In this document: positions 14,957 to 23,830 of the stretch, in pieces
How the letters are laid out: the number at the start of each line of letters is the position of its first letter
How positions within the stretch are numbered: position 1 is the first letter of the stretch
Source of the DNA: Ostreococcus tauri
Taxonomy: Eukaryota
Assembly (NCBI GenBank): GCA_000214015.2
Contig: CAID01000007.2
Location: 207,157-235,064 of the forward strand
Length of the DNA stretch: 27,908 nt
Direction of reading: 5' to 3'
The notes under the pieces: generated by a model
What the model was told of the DNA's origin: nothing
Seen by the model: the letters and a program-made list of their open reading frames with translations, nothing else
Databases searched by the model: none
Position numbers and translations under genes: made by a program

Positions 14957-17548
14957 TCACATCTTCATGGCGATTTCCGTCCCGCCGATCTCGCGCTCGG
15001 TACGAGTTATATAATTGCGTAATCGACGCTCTTTTCGCGCGAGATTTTCGAGATCTCGTCGATATCTTTGCGTTCGCTCCGCATGAAGACGGGCGTTTCG
15101 ATCGACACGGCCGGCGAGCGCCGCCACCTCGCTCACGTCCTCACGGAGCGTAGCGGCGATCGTCGTTCGTCCGGACGATTCATCCTCATCACTCTTCGTC
15201 GTCTCGTGCGCGGCGAGAAATCGTTGTAGCCGTTTGCTGACTCGAAGGAGCGCAACCTCGGTGCACCTGGCGGAGATGTCCTCGCATCGCAGGTCTAGTG
15301 CTTGGATTTCCCACTTGACGTGTTCAATATCGTCTCTCGTCGCTGCACGAGAATCTTCGCCGCGAATCTTCGCCGCGTGCGACGCGCGTAGTCTTTCGTT
15401 CAAGTCGTCGATGCGTGATCTCGGGATCACAATGACGTCATCGTGCTCTACAGCGTCTGCGACGCTCACCAGGGGGATTTCGATGAATCCACGCGAGCAG
15501 TCTAATCTGACGTCAACGTCGTACGCCCGAATGCGACGCGCACAACGCGACGCGTGTAGCGCCTCCGTTTGCGCGTCCGCACGACTTTGAGCGTTTCTAG
15601 CGTCAGCCTCGAGCTCGCGCATGTGAGCCGACGTTTTCGCATGTGCCTCGCGCATGGACGCGAGCTCACGCTCGAGCGCAAATCGACGCGATCGAGCGGC
15701 GGTCAATTTATCCCACCATCTATCGTCCAATCCTTGGGGGAACACCCCCACACGCCGTCTGTCGCCCGGGACGTTATCTTCTACGCGTGCGATGGCGTCC
15801 GGGTGTTGGTACAGCATCACGAGCGCGTCGAGGTGCACGCACGAGGCGGGATTATCCTGCACGTCTCTCCGAAAAGCTTTGAGCGCGGATTTCACTGCGA
15901 GCACCGCCGCGTCGAGATCCGACTTGGATCGCTCGATCGAATCTGTGTAATCCCGGACCGCTTTACTCGATCTCTGCGCGTGCTCGACGACGAGTCGAAC
16001 CTGGTGAGCCTCCTCTTCAACTCTCCCGTCGAAATCACCGGCGATGAAGCGCTCGTGAAGTCGCCGTGCGATTCGCCCCCGGCGCAAATCGAGCATTAAC
16101 ATTTGGAACGCTGTATCGCGTCGTTCGCATGCGAGTACTCGTACACGTTCATCAAACATTGTCGTGATATCGGTCGCCTCTTGAAGTAGTCGTCGAATCT
16201 CGCCTCGAAGCGCGTTTCGTCGCTCGTCGCGCGCGGCTCGCACCGCTTCCAGCGCGTTTTCATACTCCGTCAAGCGAACTGTCTGTTCAGCAGTGAGCGC
16301 CTTTCTGTTCGTTGCCGATAGCTTCTTTTGGTGCATATCGTCCGAGTTCTTATCAGTGTTGGCTTCATGAAAGATATCATCCAGGAAATCGGGACGATTG
16401 ACGATCGACGCGGCGGTCAGAGCGACGTCGTATCCCTGTCGCTTGTCGCACGCCTCGAAATCGATGATGCCCGCATCGTCAGCGATATCCTCGCCCATCA
16501 TCGTCCTCAGTTTTGACACGGCGCGTGAGGACGAGTTCTCGTTCGCGCTCACGTCACGGTCCGAAGGCAAGACCATATTGTCATTGAATTCATCCTTGAG
16601 GTCTCCTTCGCGACGAACGACCGTTTCCAGACGGAACTCAGTGTCGTCGCCGCATCGCATTGCCAATCGCATCGCGTCGCCGTCCCACCACTCCGCGAGC
16701 ACGTCCGGTTCCGCCGCGGTTTCTCCGAGCTCATTGAGCATCTTGCGCGCGATCGCCACGCGACGGTCAATGGATCGCAAACGCTCGACGATCTCTCGTC
16801 GTCGCTCGACCGCGGCAAGGAACGAGGCATTGAACGCGTCTCTCGCAGAAATTGCCATCGCGCGAAAAGCTCCGCACTGCGTCATCGCCCGTCGCGGATA
16901 CACCACCTCCGCGCACGTGTACGACGAATCCTCCTCGTCAACATCATTGACATCCATCGCGTCTTCACGCGCACCGTCCTCGTCCACGTTTTCGTCCGCG
17001 CCGTCGTCCCTCGTCATCGCCGCTCGGGCTCGTTCGGCTCGAACGCGCGCGCGACGCGCTCCCACCTCCACCGCGCGAAGCACCCGCATCTTCGTCCACG
17101 TCACCGCTGTCCTCGGCTCGACGCGACCACTCGGGAAGTTCCAAACCACATCGACGCCGACGCGCGTCGCGTTGAACGCGCACGTGGACGTTGCGAACGC
17201 GCGCGCGTCTCGAGCCAAAGTCTGGGCATTTCGTTGGTTGGCGATACGAAGCGTCGCGAGCTCGCTCTCGGCGCGCTCGAGCACCGCTCGCGCGCGCGCG
17301 TCGGCGGCGATGGCGCACGCACGCGTTGCGGCGGCGTCGATGACGACGTCGAGGGCCGGATGTGCGATGGAACTCGATGCGACGTCGTGTGCGGTGCGCT
17401 TGAGCGCGACGAGCCGACGTCTGAGGCGAGACGCGCGAGACGTGGGCGAGTCTTCGGTCGACATCGCGGGGCTCGATTGGTCGTCACGCGAGGTCGAGAG
17501 TGAGTGTTGAATCGTGAACTCGACGACGCGACGAGTGGCGCCGGACAT
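14957..17548 (-). CDS. Large coiled-coil protein, family not recognised
   Basis: ORF 14957..17743 (928 aa). Ordinary, non-low-complexity composition over most of its length and long heptad-like Arg/Glu/Ala segments. The ORF's first 65 codons overlap the stop of the upstream LYR gene and a lower-GC stretch that looks intergenic, so the start is set at ATG 17546-17548 (M66; alternative M94 at 17464). Confidence 0.6.
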   Translation of the reverse strand: MSGATRRVVEFTIQHSLSTSRDDQSSPAMSTEDSPTSRASRLRRRLVALKRTAHDVASSSIAHPALDVVIDAAATRACAIAADARARAVLERAESELATLRIANQRNAQTLARDARAFATSTCAFNATRVGVDVVWNFPSGRVEPRTAVTWTKMRVLRAVEVGARRARVRAERARAAMTRDDGADENVDEDGAREDAMDVNDVDEEDSSYTCAEVVYPRRAMTQCGAFRAMAISARDAFNASFLAAVERRREIVERLRSIDRRVAIARKMLNELGETAAEPDVLAEWWDGDAMRLAMRCGDDTEFRLETVVRREGDLKDEFNDNMVLPSDRDVSANENSSSRAVSKLRTMMGEDIADDAGIIDFEACDKRQGYDVALTAASIVNRPDFLDDIFHEANTDKNSDDMHQKKLSATNRKALTAEQTVRLTEYENALEAVRAARDERRNALRGEIRRLLQEATDITTMFDERVRVLACERRDTAFQMLMLDLRRGRIARRLHERFIAGDFDGRVEEEAHQVRLVVEHAQRSSKAVRDYTDSIERSKSDLDAAVLAVKSALKAFRRDVQDNPASCVHLDALVMLYQHPDAIARVEDNVPGDRRRVGVFPQGLDDRWWDKLTAARSRRFALERELASMREAHAKTSAHMRELEADARNAQSRADAQTEALHASRCARRIRAYDVDVRLDCSRGFIEIPLVSVADAVEHDDVIVIPRSRIDDLNERLRASHAAKIRGEDSRAATRDDIEHVKWEIQALDLRCEDISARCTEVALLRVSKRLQRFLAAHETTKSDEDESSGRTTIAATLREDVSEVAALAGRVDRNARLHAERTQRYRRDLENLARKERRLRNYITRTEREIGGTEIAMKM

Positions 17549-17723
17549 CGAGGCACTACTACCGTGCACTACTACGGTTGTACTAAATTTGGTGTGCGGC
17601 GTTAACATTGACGTGGCCATTATGCGTTGCCATCTCGAACGTCCGATACTGATCGTTTTCGCCGCGCCAATCGCGTCTAATACGTAACCACAGGCATCGA
17701 CCTCGCCTGTGCAAGTCATCCAC

Positions 17724-18271
17724 TCACGAAGGCGACGGTTCACCGCCCTGGCTGCTGCACGCGTCCTCCTCTCGCTGAATCGCCTCTCGCTTCTCTAAAA
17801 ATCTATTCACCGCCTTGTCCACCGCGTCTCGTCCCATGAGGAGCATCCTGTTCACCATTTCCGGATCCCGCTCTCGTCTGCCCGCTTCGAACTCCTTCCG
17901 AGCGCTCTCTCGAATCACGTCCCGCCACTGACGTCCACGCTCGTCTCGCCAGACGAAGAACACGCTCGCTCGAATCACCGCGCGGTACAGACTCAGCGCC
18001 TCTTTTCGCGTCGTAAGCAGCGCCGCACGAACATGCGTCTCGTCCTTCTTTTGAAACTCGCCTTTTTTGCGATCCTACACGACGAGAAGCGGCGAGCGGT
18101 GAGAAGAGGTTGACGAGAGAGCTCGAGCGGGCGCACCAGATTAGCCTCGATGATTTCGATCGTTTTCCCGCCGTCCTTGTCGTCTTCGTTCAGGCGCGTA
18201 GATGAAGTAGAAGCGATGGCACGGCTGGATGGGGGACGAATCGCGCGGGCGCTTCGCGCGAGGGCGAGCAT
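17724..18271 (-). CDS. LYR-motif (Complex1_LYR family) protein with mitochondrial presequence, 2 exons: 18271..18137 and 18074..17724
   Basis: ORF 17724..17978 starts with GTG in the track and lacks the LYR tripeptide. Its frame is open upstream to 18074 (DRKKGEFQKKDETHVRAALLTTRKEALSLYRAVIRASVFF...) and is preceded by acceptor TGTAG, with no ATG. ORF 17993..18271 supplies ATG 18271 and MLALARSARAIRPPSSRAIAS...IEANL, then donor GTGCGC at 18136. The splice is phase 0. 135+351 nt gives 162 codons including the stop. LYR plus a downstream Phe (ARKEF) is typical of LYRM proteins. Confidence 0.7.
18075..18136 (-). other. Spliceosomal intron of the LYR gene (62 nt)
   Basis: Minus-strand GTGCGCCCGCTCGAGC...CGTCGTGTAG. 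The boundaries agree with the frames of both flanking ORFs. There is no clear CTGAC branch motif, so it is less certain than the other introns. Confidence 0.6.
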
Positions 18272-18353
18272 GGTGCGCGCTTTGCGCAGTGAGGGTATGT
18301 CCCGCAGCGGCGCCGAACGTGTTGCGGCGACATCAAAACGGTGAATGAATCTG

Positions 18354-21300
18354 CTAACAAATGTGCGAATCTAGATGCGTGCGAGATATGTCTCGTAAGT
18401 TTCGCTGCCTGGCCGCCTCGGCGGCGTCCGCGAGGTCCTTGAGATTTTTCGCGGATGCCGAGCCGGTTTCGGCAACGAGTTGGGCGAAGATGGAGTTAGA
18501 GTCGGCGAGCATGGCCGATGGTGAGTCCATGGCGACGATATTGCCCGCTTCAAGGCACACGACTTGATCGTTTTCGATAATGGTGATAATGCGATGAGCG
18601 ATGGTGAGAATGGTGCAAGATTGGAACTCCTCGCCGATGACCTTTTGCATGGCGGCATCCGTCTCCGTGTCCACACTCGCCGTGGCCTCGTCGAGACACA
18701 CGACTTTGGAGTCGCGAAGGAGTGCTCGGGCGAGGCACAACATTTGCCTCTGGCCAGCTGAGTAGTTTCCACCGAATTCTTCCACAGGAGCATCGAGACC
18801 AAGTCCCTGAGCACTGATGAAATCCTTGCACTGCGCGTGCTCCAGCGCGTACCACAACTTATCATCCGTGTACTGATCAAAGGGATCAAGGTTGTAACGA
18901 ATCGTTCCACTGAACAGCACGGGATCTTGTGGGATGCACGTCACTGAAGAACGAAGTCTTTGGAGAGAGATTGTGGAGATGTCGACGCCGTCAAGCCAGA
19001 TTGATCCACCAGATGGTTCGCACAAGCGCCACAAGGCTACGAGCAAAGAACTCTTACCGCTACCAGTTCTACCGCAGATACCCACTTTATGTCCAGGGTT
19101 AACCGCGAAGGATACGCCCTTAAGAACTAGCGGAAGCTCAGGTCTGTAGCGCATCTCCAACTTTTCAAATCTGAGCGCACCGTGCGCGGGCCATTCCTTG
19201 GGCGGTTCCTCGATGACTCCATGCTGAGCCATCGCCCCAGTACTCTCCTCGGACGGAAGCTTAGTGTACTCGTCGACGCGCTCGACGCTCACCATTTGTG
19301 ACTCAAGTTCTGAGACAATGCGAATCACCCACGAGAGAACACCCGTGATATCGATGGCGTAAGTGAGCGCCAAGCCGATGAGCGCCGCGTCGAGCGTTTT
19401 GCGTTGGTACACCCCAATCCCAGCGACGACGAGAGTCATCGAGTTTCCGATCGTCTCTAGACGAATAGGAAGCCAGCGCTCACATCCGCACTTTTGTGTG
19501 TAGTCGGCAATCTGGTTGGTACCGATGCGCCTCTCGTTTTCGGTGATGAATCGCCTCTGATGACCAAAGGCTCGAATCGTGCTCAAGCCTCCGAGCGTCT
19601 CTCCAAAGTGCGCGAAAACGGGAGATCCACTGATCGCGTCTAAACGTTTGGCTTCACGATAGCCAGGGCGATAATACTTCTGAATGTAAAAATAGACACC
19701 GAAAATTGGGATCAAGAACGGCATCAAAATCGGCATGACCCAGCCCATCACAACGATGGTGCCGAAGAGGAGCAAACTAAATGACATGACGCTCGAGACC
19801 GATTGCCCTAAAATGTTGTCCAGTGCGTTCGTATCTTTGCTGAATCTCTGAATGATTCGACCGAGCGGTGTGGTATCAAAGAAGCCCATCCTCGTGTTCA
19901 TGACCGCGTCGAGAAGCTTCAGGTGCAGGTTTGTAGCCGCCGTGAGTGATGCCACTATCCACGCAAAGGTGCGGCCCCAAGCTACGATTGCCGAGATGAT
20001 GCCTATTGCGCTGTATCCGGTTAGATACACCGTCTCTCCGAGATTCCACTTCGATTGCGACCAATACGCTAACCAAACGTTCGTGAAAACACTCAGCGCT
20101 CGCTCGGCAACCGTGATGAACATGAGGAGACTGAATGTCCAAACACCACCTCCCATCGCCTTGATGTAAGCCTTGTACACGTTCATTTTAACCGATCCCT
20201 CCTCACGTCTTTCGATGTTCTGCTTTGCCTTTTCCCTCATACTGGACATTGTCTTCTTCATGCCGTCACTCACTGCCGTATCCACCATCTCTTCTTCCTT
20301 CGGTGTCTGTTCGTCATGATGACCGCGATACGATCGCATCATCGACTGAAACGACGAGTCACGTTCCATGAGATCGCTGTACGTGCCGGACGCGACTACT
20401 CGCCCGTCCTTCATGACTAGAATGTTATCCGCAAACTCCGTGAATTGAAGCGCGTGGGTAACGAGCAAGACGGAGTTGCGACGAAGGACGCCGCGTATGC
20501 ATCGCTTAAAAACATCCTTGGAAACATGCGCATCAAGGGCTGACAGCGGGTCATCCAAAATCGCGAGATCAGCGTCGGCGTAAACCGCGCGAGCAATCGC
20601 TGTGCGCTGCTTTTGACCACCACTCAAAGTGATACCTTTCTCACCAATCTCCGTGTTGTCACCATTCGGCAGTAGATCAATATCTGTTTCCATGCATGCC
20701 GCTTCAAGCGCTTGATGATACTTGTTCTCATCGTACGCCTTACCAAATAGCACGTTTTCGCGGAGAGACATCGATTGAACCCAAGCAGTCTGTGCTACAT
20801 AAGAGACGGTGGCATCAATGATCACTTCGGTTCCTTCGTTAGCGCTCATTTCACCCAGCAACGCAGAGATGAGCGCCGTCTTGCCAGCGCCTACGGCGCC
20901 TACGACGACAGTCAGCTCGCCTCGCCTGAGCTCCAAGTTAATATCGCGTAAAAAGGGTAAAGTTGGGTCAATCTTCGACTCTTCGTCCTTATCTTCGATT
21001 TCGTTTTCTTTCGCCTTCGCCTCTTGTTTCTTCGTGGCGACCGTTCTCGGCTCTGCCCATGAAAAGTTGCCATTTGTTATGCGAGCGAGCACATCACCCT
21101 TCGAGCCAGTCTTCTTCGTTGTCACTGCTTGATCGATATCTTCTATACGCTCGAATTCGACGGTTTTCGTCGTCGATGACGACTCGGAGAGCATGAAATA
21201 CTTCAGTAATCTATCCAAGGACACGAAGGCGTCCGCACACAGAGCGAGACATCGAGGGTAAAACATGACTGGAAATCTAAGCAAAGAAAACAAAGTGAGC

Positions 21301-22472
21301 GCTGGAAAGATGACGTCTGCCGTCATGGGGCGGTTCATCACGCCGGCATAGAGCGCGAAGACGACAACGGAAACAATAGTCGGACCGGCCATCATAATTG
21401 CCGTGTTCGCGGCGCCGACATTGGCGACTTTTGTAGCCTCAACCATCTCTCGTTTTCGCACGGCGGAGACCTCCGCTTGGAGCGATTGTTCCCAGGCGTT
21501 GAGTTTGAGAATCTTGATTCCACTCAACCCCTCGTTCTCAAACTTCACTCGACGATCGGTCTCCGTGGTTTGCGCCTTTCTATATCGAAAAGTGAGGTCG
21601 TAGAACTTCTTCTGTAGCGGAATCAGGCCAACCATGATTGCGAATCCACCGAACACGCTCCATCCGATGTACATGTACAACAAAGCCATGTAGCCGATGA
21701 TTTGCAATAGCCCGCTCCAAAGGACGTTGACAAACAGCATGAGATCCCCCACACGCTGCGCATCAAGCTGCATGTGATTTAACACCTCCCCGGTCGTGCT
21801 CCCGCTCCTCCCTGCGCTCGAAAGACGCATCGTCTTCCTGTACACAGCCGTGGAGAGCGCGCCCTTGATACAGATTCCGCTCGCCTGGGCGTAGTAAAAG
21901 TACGTCTGCTCGCACACAGTTCGAAGCACCGCCAGCGCGAACATGAGCGCACAATACAAAATCCCGATCGAAGTCTCACTCAGCGACGACCCGAACGCTT
22001 CCTCCATGAAATTTTGCTTTCGCGCGATGTACCGAAGAAATCCGCTCAGGACCAACGGCGGGAGAAACTGAATGACGTCGTTGCACAGCTTAAAGAACGA
22101 TCCAGTGAGCACCACGCCGCCGAAAGTTCGCCACAGTGGCGACACAAGCGCCGGCAATCGAAACCGCTTTGCTCGCTTTTTCTCGCTCTCCGCGTTCGCG
22201 CCTTCCGTCTCTTCCGCCGCCGCCTCCGCCTCGACCCGCCGCAACCGCTCCAACATCTCCCGCTCGAACAACTCCGAGTTATATCGCGCCACGTACGCCT
22301 CGGGCGGTCGCAGCAGATCACCCATCTCCATCGCCGGCCGTCGGCCCGCGTTCGCGTCGACGCCGCGACGCAAAAAAGGCGTGACCCAGAGAAACAGCGC
22401 TCTCGCCAGCGCGTTGGCGTCCTCCCTGCGTCCGCCGCGGTCGACGCCGACCGGCTTGGCGGACGGCGTCAT
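18354..22472 (-). CDS. ABCC: ABC transporter, subfamily C (MRP-type), short form without TMD0 (TMD-NBD-TMD-NBD)
   Basis: Single 1372-aa ORF, ATG 22470-22472. NBD1: Walker A GAVGAGKTALISALLGEM, signature LSGGQKQRTAIARAVY, Walker B ADLAILDDPLSALD. NBD2: GRTGSGKSSLLVALWRL, YSAGQRQMLCLARALL, SKVVCLDEATASVD. The ABCC-type N-terminus ALFLWVTPFLRRG and two six-helix hydrophobic blocks are present. Confidence 0.95.
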   Translation of the reverse strand: MTPSAKPVGVDRGGRREDANALARALFLWVTPFLRRGVDANAGRRPAMEMGDLLRPPEAYVARYNSELFEREMLERLRRVEAEAAAEETEGANAESEKKRAKRFRLPALVSPLWRTFGGVVLTGSFFKLCNDVIQFLPPLVLSGFLRYIARKQNFMEEAFGSSLSETSIGILYCALMFALAVLRTVCEQTYFYYAQASGICIKGALSTAVYRKTMRLSSAGRSGSTTGEVLNHMQLDAQRVGDLMLFVNVLWSGLLQIIGYMALLYMYIGWSVFGGFAIMVGLIPLQKKFYDLTFRYRKAQTTETDRRVKFENEGLSGIKILKLNAWEQSLQAEVSAVRKREMVEATKVANVGAANTAIMMAGPTIVSVVVFALYAGVMNRPMTADVIFPALTLFSLLRFPVMFYPRCLALCADAFVSLDRLLKYFMLSESSSTTKTVEFERIEDIDQAVTTKKTGSKGDVLARITNGNFSWAEPRTVATKKQEAKAKENEIEDKDEESKIDPTLPFLRDINLELRRGELTVVVGAVGAGKTALISALLGEMSANEGTEVIIDATVSYVAQTAWVQSMSLRENVLFGKAYDENKYHQALEAACMETDIDLLPNGDNTEIGEKGITLSGGQKQRTAIARAVYADADLAILDDPLSALDAHVSKDVFKRCIRGVLRRNSVLLVTHALQFTEFADNILVMKDGRVVASGTYSDLMERDSSFQSMMRSYRGHHDEQTPKEEEMVDTAVSDGMKKTMSSMREKAKQNIERREEGSVKMNVYKAYIKAMGGGVWTFSLLMFITVAERALSVFTNVWLAYWSQSKWNLGETVYLTGYSAIGIISAIVAWGRTFAWIVASLTAATNLHLKLLDAVMNTRMGFFDTTPLGRIIQRFSKDTNALDNILGQSVSSVMSFSLLLFGTIVVMGWVMPILMPFLIPIFGVYFYIQKYYRPGYREAKRLDAISGSPVFAHFGETLGGLSTIRAFGHQRRFITENERRIGTNQIADYTQKCGCERWLPIRLETIGNSMTLVVAGIGVYQRKTLDAALIGLALTYAIDITGVLSWVIRIVSELESQMVSVERVDEYTKLPSEESTGAMAQHGVIEEPPKEWPAHGALRFEKLEMRYRPELPLVLKGVSFAVNPGHKVGICGRTGSGKSSLLVALWRLCEPSGGSIWLDGVDISTISLQRLRSSVTCIPQDPVLFSGTIRYNLDPFDQYTDDKLWYALEHAQCKDFISAQGLGLDAPVEEFGGNYSAGQRQMLCLARALLRDSKVVCLDEATASVDTETDAAMQKVIGEEFQSCTILTIAHRIITIIENDQVVCLEAGNIVAMDSPSAMLADSNSIFAQLVAETGSASAKNLKDLADAAEAARQRNLRDISRTHLDSHIC

Positions 22473-22587
22473 CGCGACGACGACGTCCGGCGATCACCGC
22501 GGTCGTGAAGCGCGCGTCGCGCGCGTCGCGAGTCAACGCGCGTCGAAAGATGGCGGCGCTAGTGCGGCGCTCGCGACGGCGGCGTCG

Positions 22588-23772
22588 ATGTCGATGCGTG
22601 ACGCCGAGCGCGCGGCGGCGCGCAGGGTGCGCGCGCTCGGAAGCGCGATGCGCGCGTCGTCGGCGAACGCGCGCGCGTCGGTGGTGGTGTTCGGAGGGAC
22701 GTGCGTGGACGCGCACGCGCGAGCTGGACGCGCGGGCGCGCTGAAACGCGGAACGTCCGCGATCGGACGCGCGTGGAGCGCGCTGGGGGGCGTGGGGATG
22801 AACGTCGCCACGGCGTGCGCGTCCGCGAGCGCGCGGACGTCGACGCGATTGGTGAGCGCGGTGGGTGACGACGCGGATGGAGACGCGGCGCTCGAGGAGT
22901 GGTCGAGACGGGCGCGCGGCGGAGGCGACGATGGCGTGCGAATAGTGAAGGGTGGACGCACGGCGCGCGTCGTAGCGGTGCTGGATGGTGATGGAGAGAT
23001 CGCGGCGTGCGTCGCGGACGTGGAGATCGTCGAGGAGGGGGTGGACAGCGCGTGGTGCGCCTCGCAGGCGAACGCGTGCCGGGACGCGCGCGGGATGGTT
23101 TTAGACGGTAATCTCGGTCAAGAGGCGATCGAGACGGTGAAAGAGATGGCGAGAAAGTTCAATAAGTGGCTTTGGTACGAACCAGTGAGCGTGGAAAAGT
23201 CAACGCGGATCTTGGGAGGCGGAGTTGACGACGCCGCTCGACCGCTCCGTGGAGTGACGTTTTGTTCGCCCAACGCCGCGGAGCTTCGAGAGCTCGCAAA
23301 CGGGGTTCGTCGGGGATGGGCGAAGGGATCACCCATGTCGCCGTGTCCGTTCAACCCAGAGTTCAAGTTTAAGAACGCAAGCGAGGCGTTGGATGCTCTC
23401 GCGAGTGACGTGTGCACGGTTTTAGCTGCCGGATGCGAGCACGTAGTCCTCACTCTCGGCCCGCTTGGTGTGGTCGTCTCCAGCGCGCCGAGCGACGGCG
23501 AGGTTTCTCGAGCGACACACACGCACGTTCCGGCGGTGAGAGCGGACGTTGTATCTCTCGTCGGTGCCGGTGACGCGCTCGTTGGAGGCGCGGTGGGAGC
23601 ACTGGCGGAGGGCGCAAGTCTGCTGATAGCCATCGCGAGAGGGGTCGCGTGCGCGTCGATAGCGTGCGAACGTGCCGGTGCTGCTCTGTTAGACGTCGAC
23701 GCGAACGAGATGGAGAAGCGGGCGGCAATCGCGTTCGCCGGGATTTCAATATTAGCACCGGCAGTGCGTTGA
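22588..23772 (+). CDS. PfkB-family carbohydrate/nucleoside kinase (pseudouridine-kinase-like)
   Basis: ORF 22072..23772, but its first 172 codons are antisense to the ABCC N-terminus. The first in-frame ATG after the ABCC start is 22588. PfkB features: VVVFGGTCVD, LGGVGMNVA (cf. GGVGRNxA of YeiC-type kinases), CSPNAAEL, and the C-terminal anion-hole motif VSLVGAGDALVGG. Confidence 0.8.
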   Translation: MSMRDAERAAARRVRALGSAMRASSANARASVVVFGGTCVDAHARAGRAGALKRGTSAIGRAWSALGGVGMNVATACASASARTSTRLVSAVGDDADGDAALEEWSRRARGGGDDGVRIVKGGRTARVVAVLDGDGEIAACVADVEIVEEGVDSAWCASQANACRDARGMVLDGNLGQEAIETVKEMARKFNKWLWYEPVSVEKSTRILGGGVDDAARPLRGVTFCSPNAAELRELANGVRRGWAKGSPMSPCPFNPEFKFKNASEALDALASDVCTVLAAGCEHVVLTLGPLGVVVSSAPSDGEVSRATHTHVPAVRADVVSLVGAGDALVGGAVGALAEGASLLIAIARGVACASIACERAGAALLDVDANEMEKRAAIAFAGISILAPAVR

Positions 23773-23830
23773 GCGACTGTCGTGGCGGACAAATCAGCGA
23801 TTATATCGTACTTGTACAGTGTAATACATA

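Noticed and set aside
17549-17743. First 65 codons (MNRRLREWMTCTG...) of the 928-aa coiled-coil ORF
   Set aside because: They overlap the stop codon and 3' end of the upstream LYR gene. They cover a lower-GC, non-coding-looking stretch that contains a short CACTACTAC direct repeat. A downstream ATG (17548) is more plausible.
22546-22556. AAGATGGCGGC as a YY1-type core promoter motif
   Set aside because: The identity to the animal YY1 consensus is most simply explained by a Kozak-context ATG followed by Ala codons in GC-rich DNA. No YY1-type factor is known to me in green algae. It is retained only as a uORF remark.
22072-22587. First 172 codons of the 566-aa plus-strand ORF as the N-terminus of the PfkB kinase
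   Set aside because: This part is antisense to the well-supported ABCC N-terminus and is Ser/Arg/Ala low complexity. The kinase homology begins only after ATG 22588.
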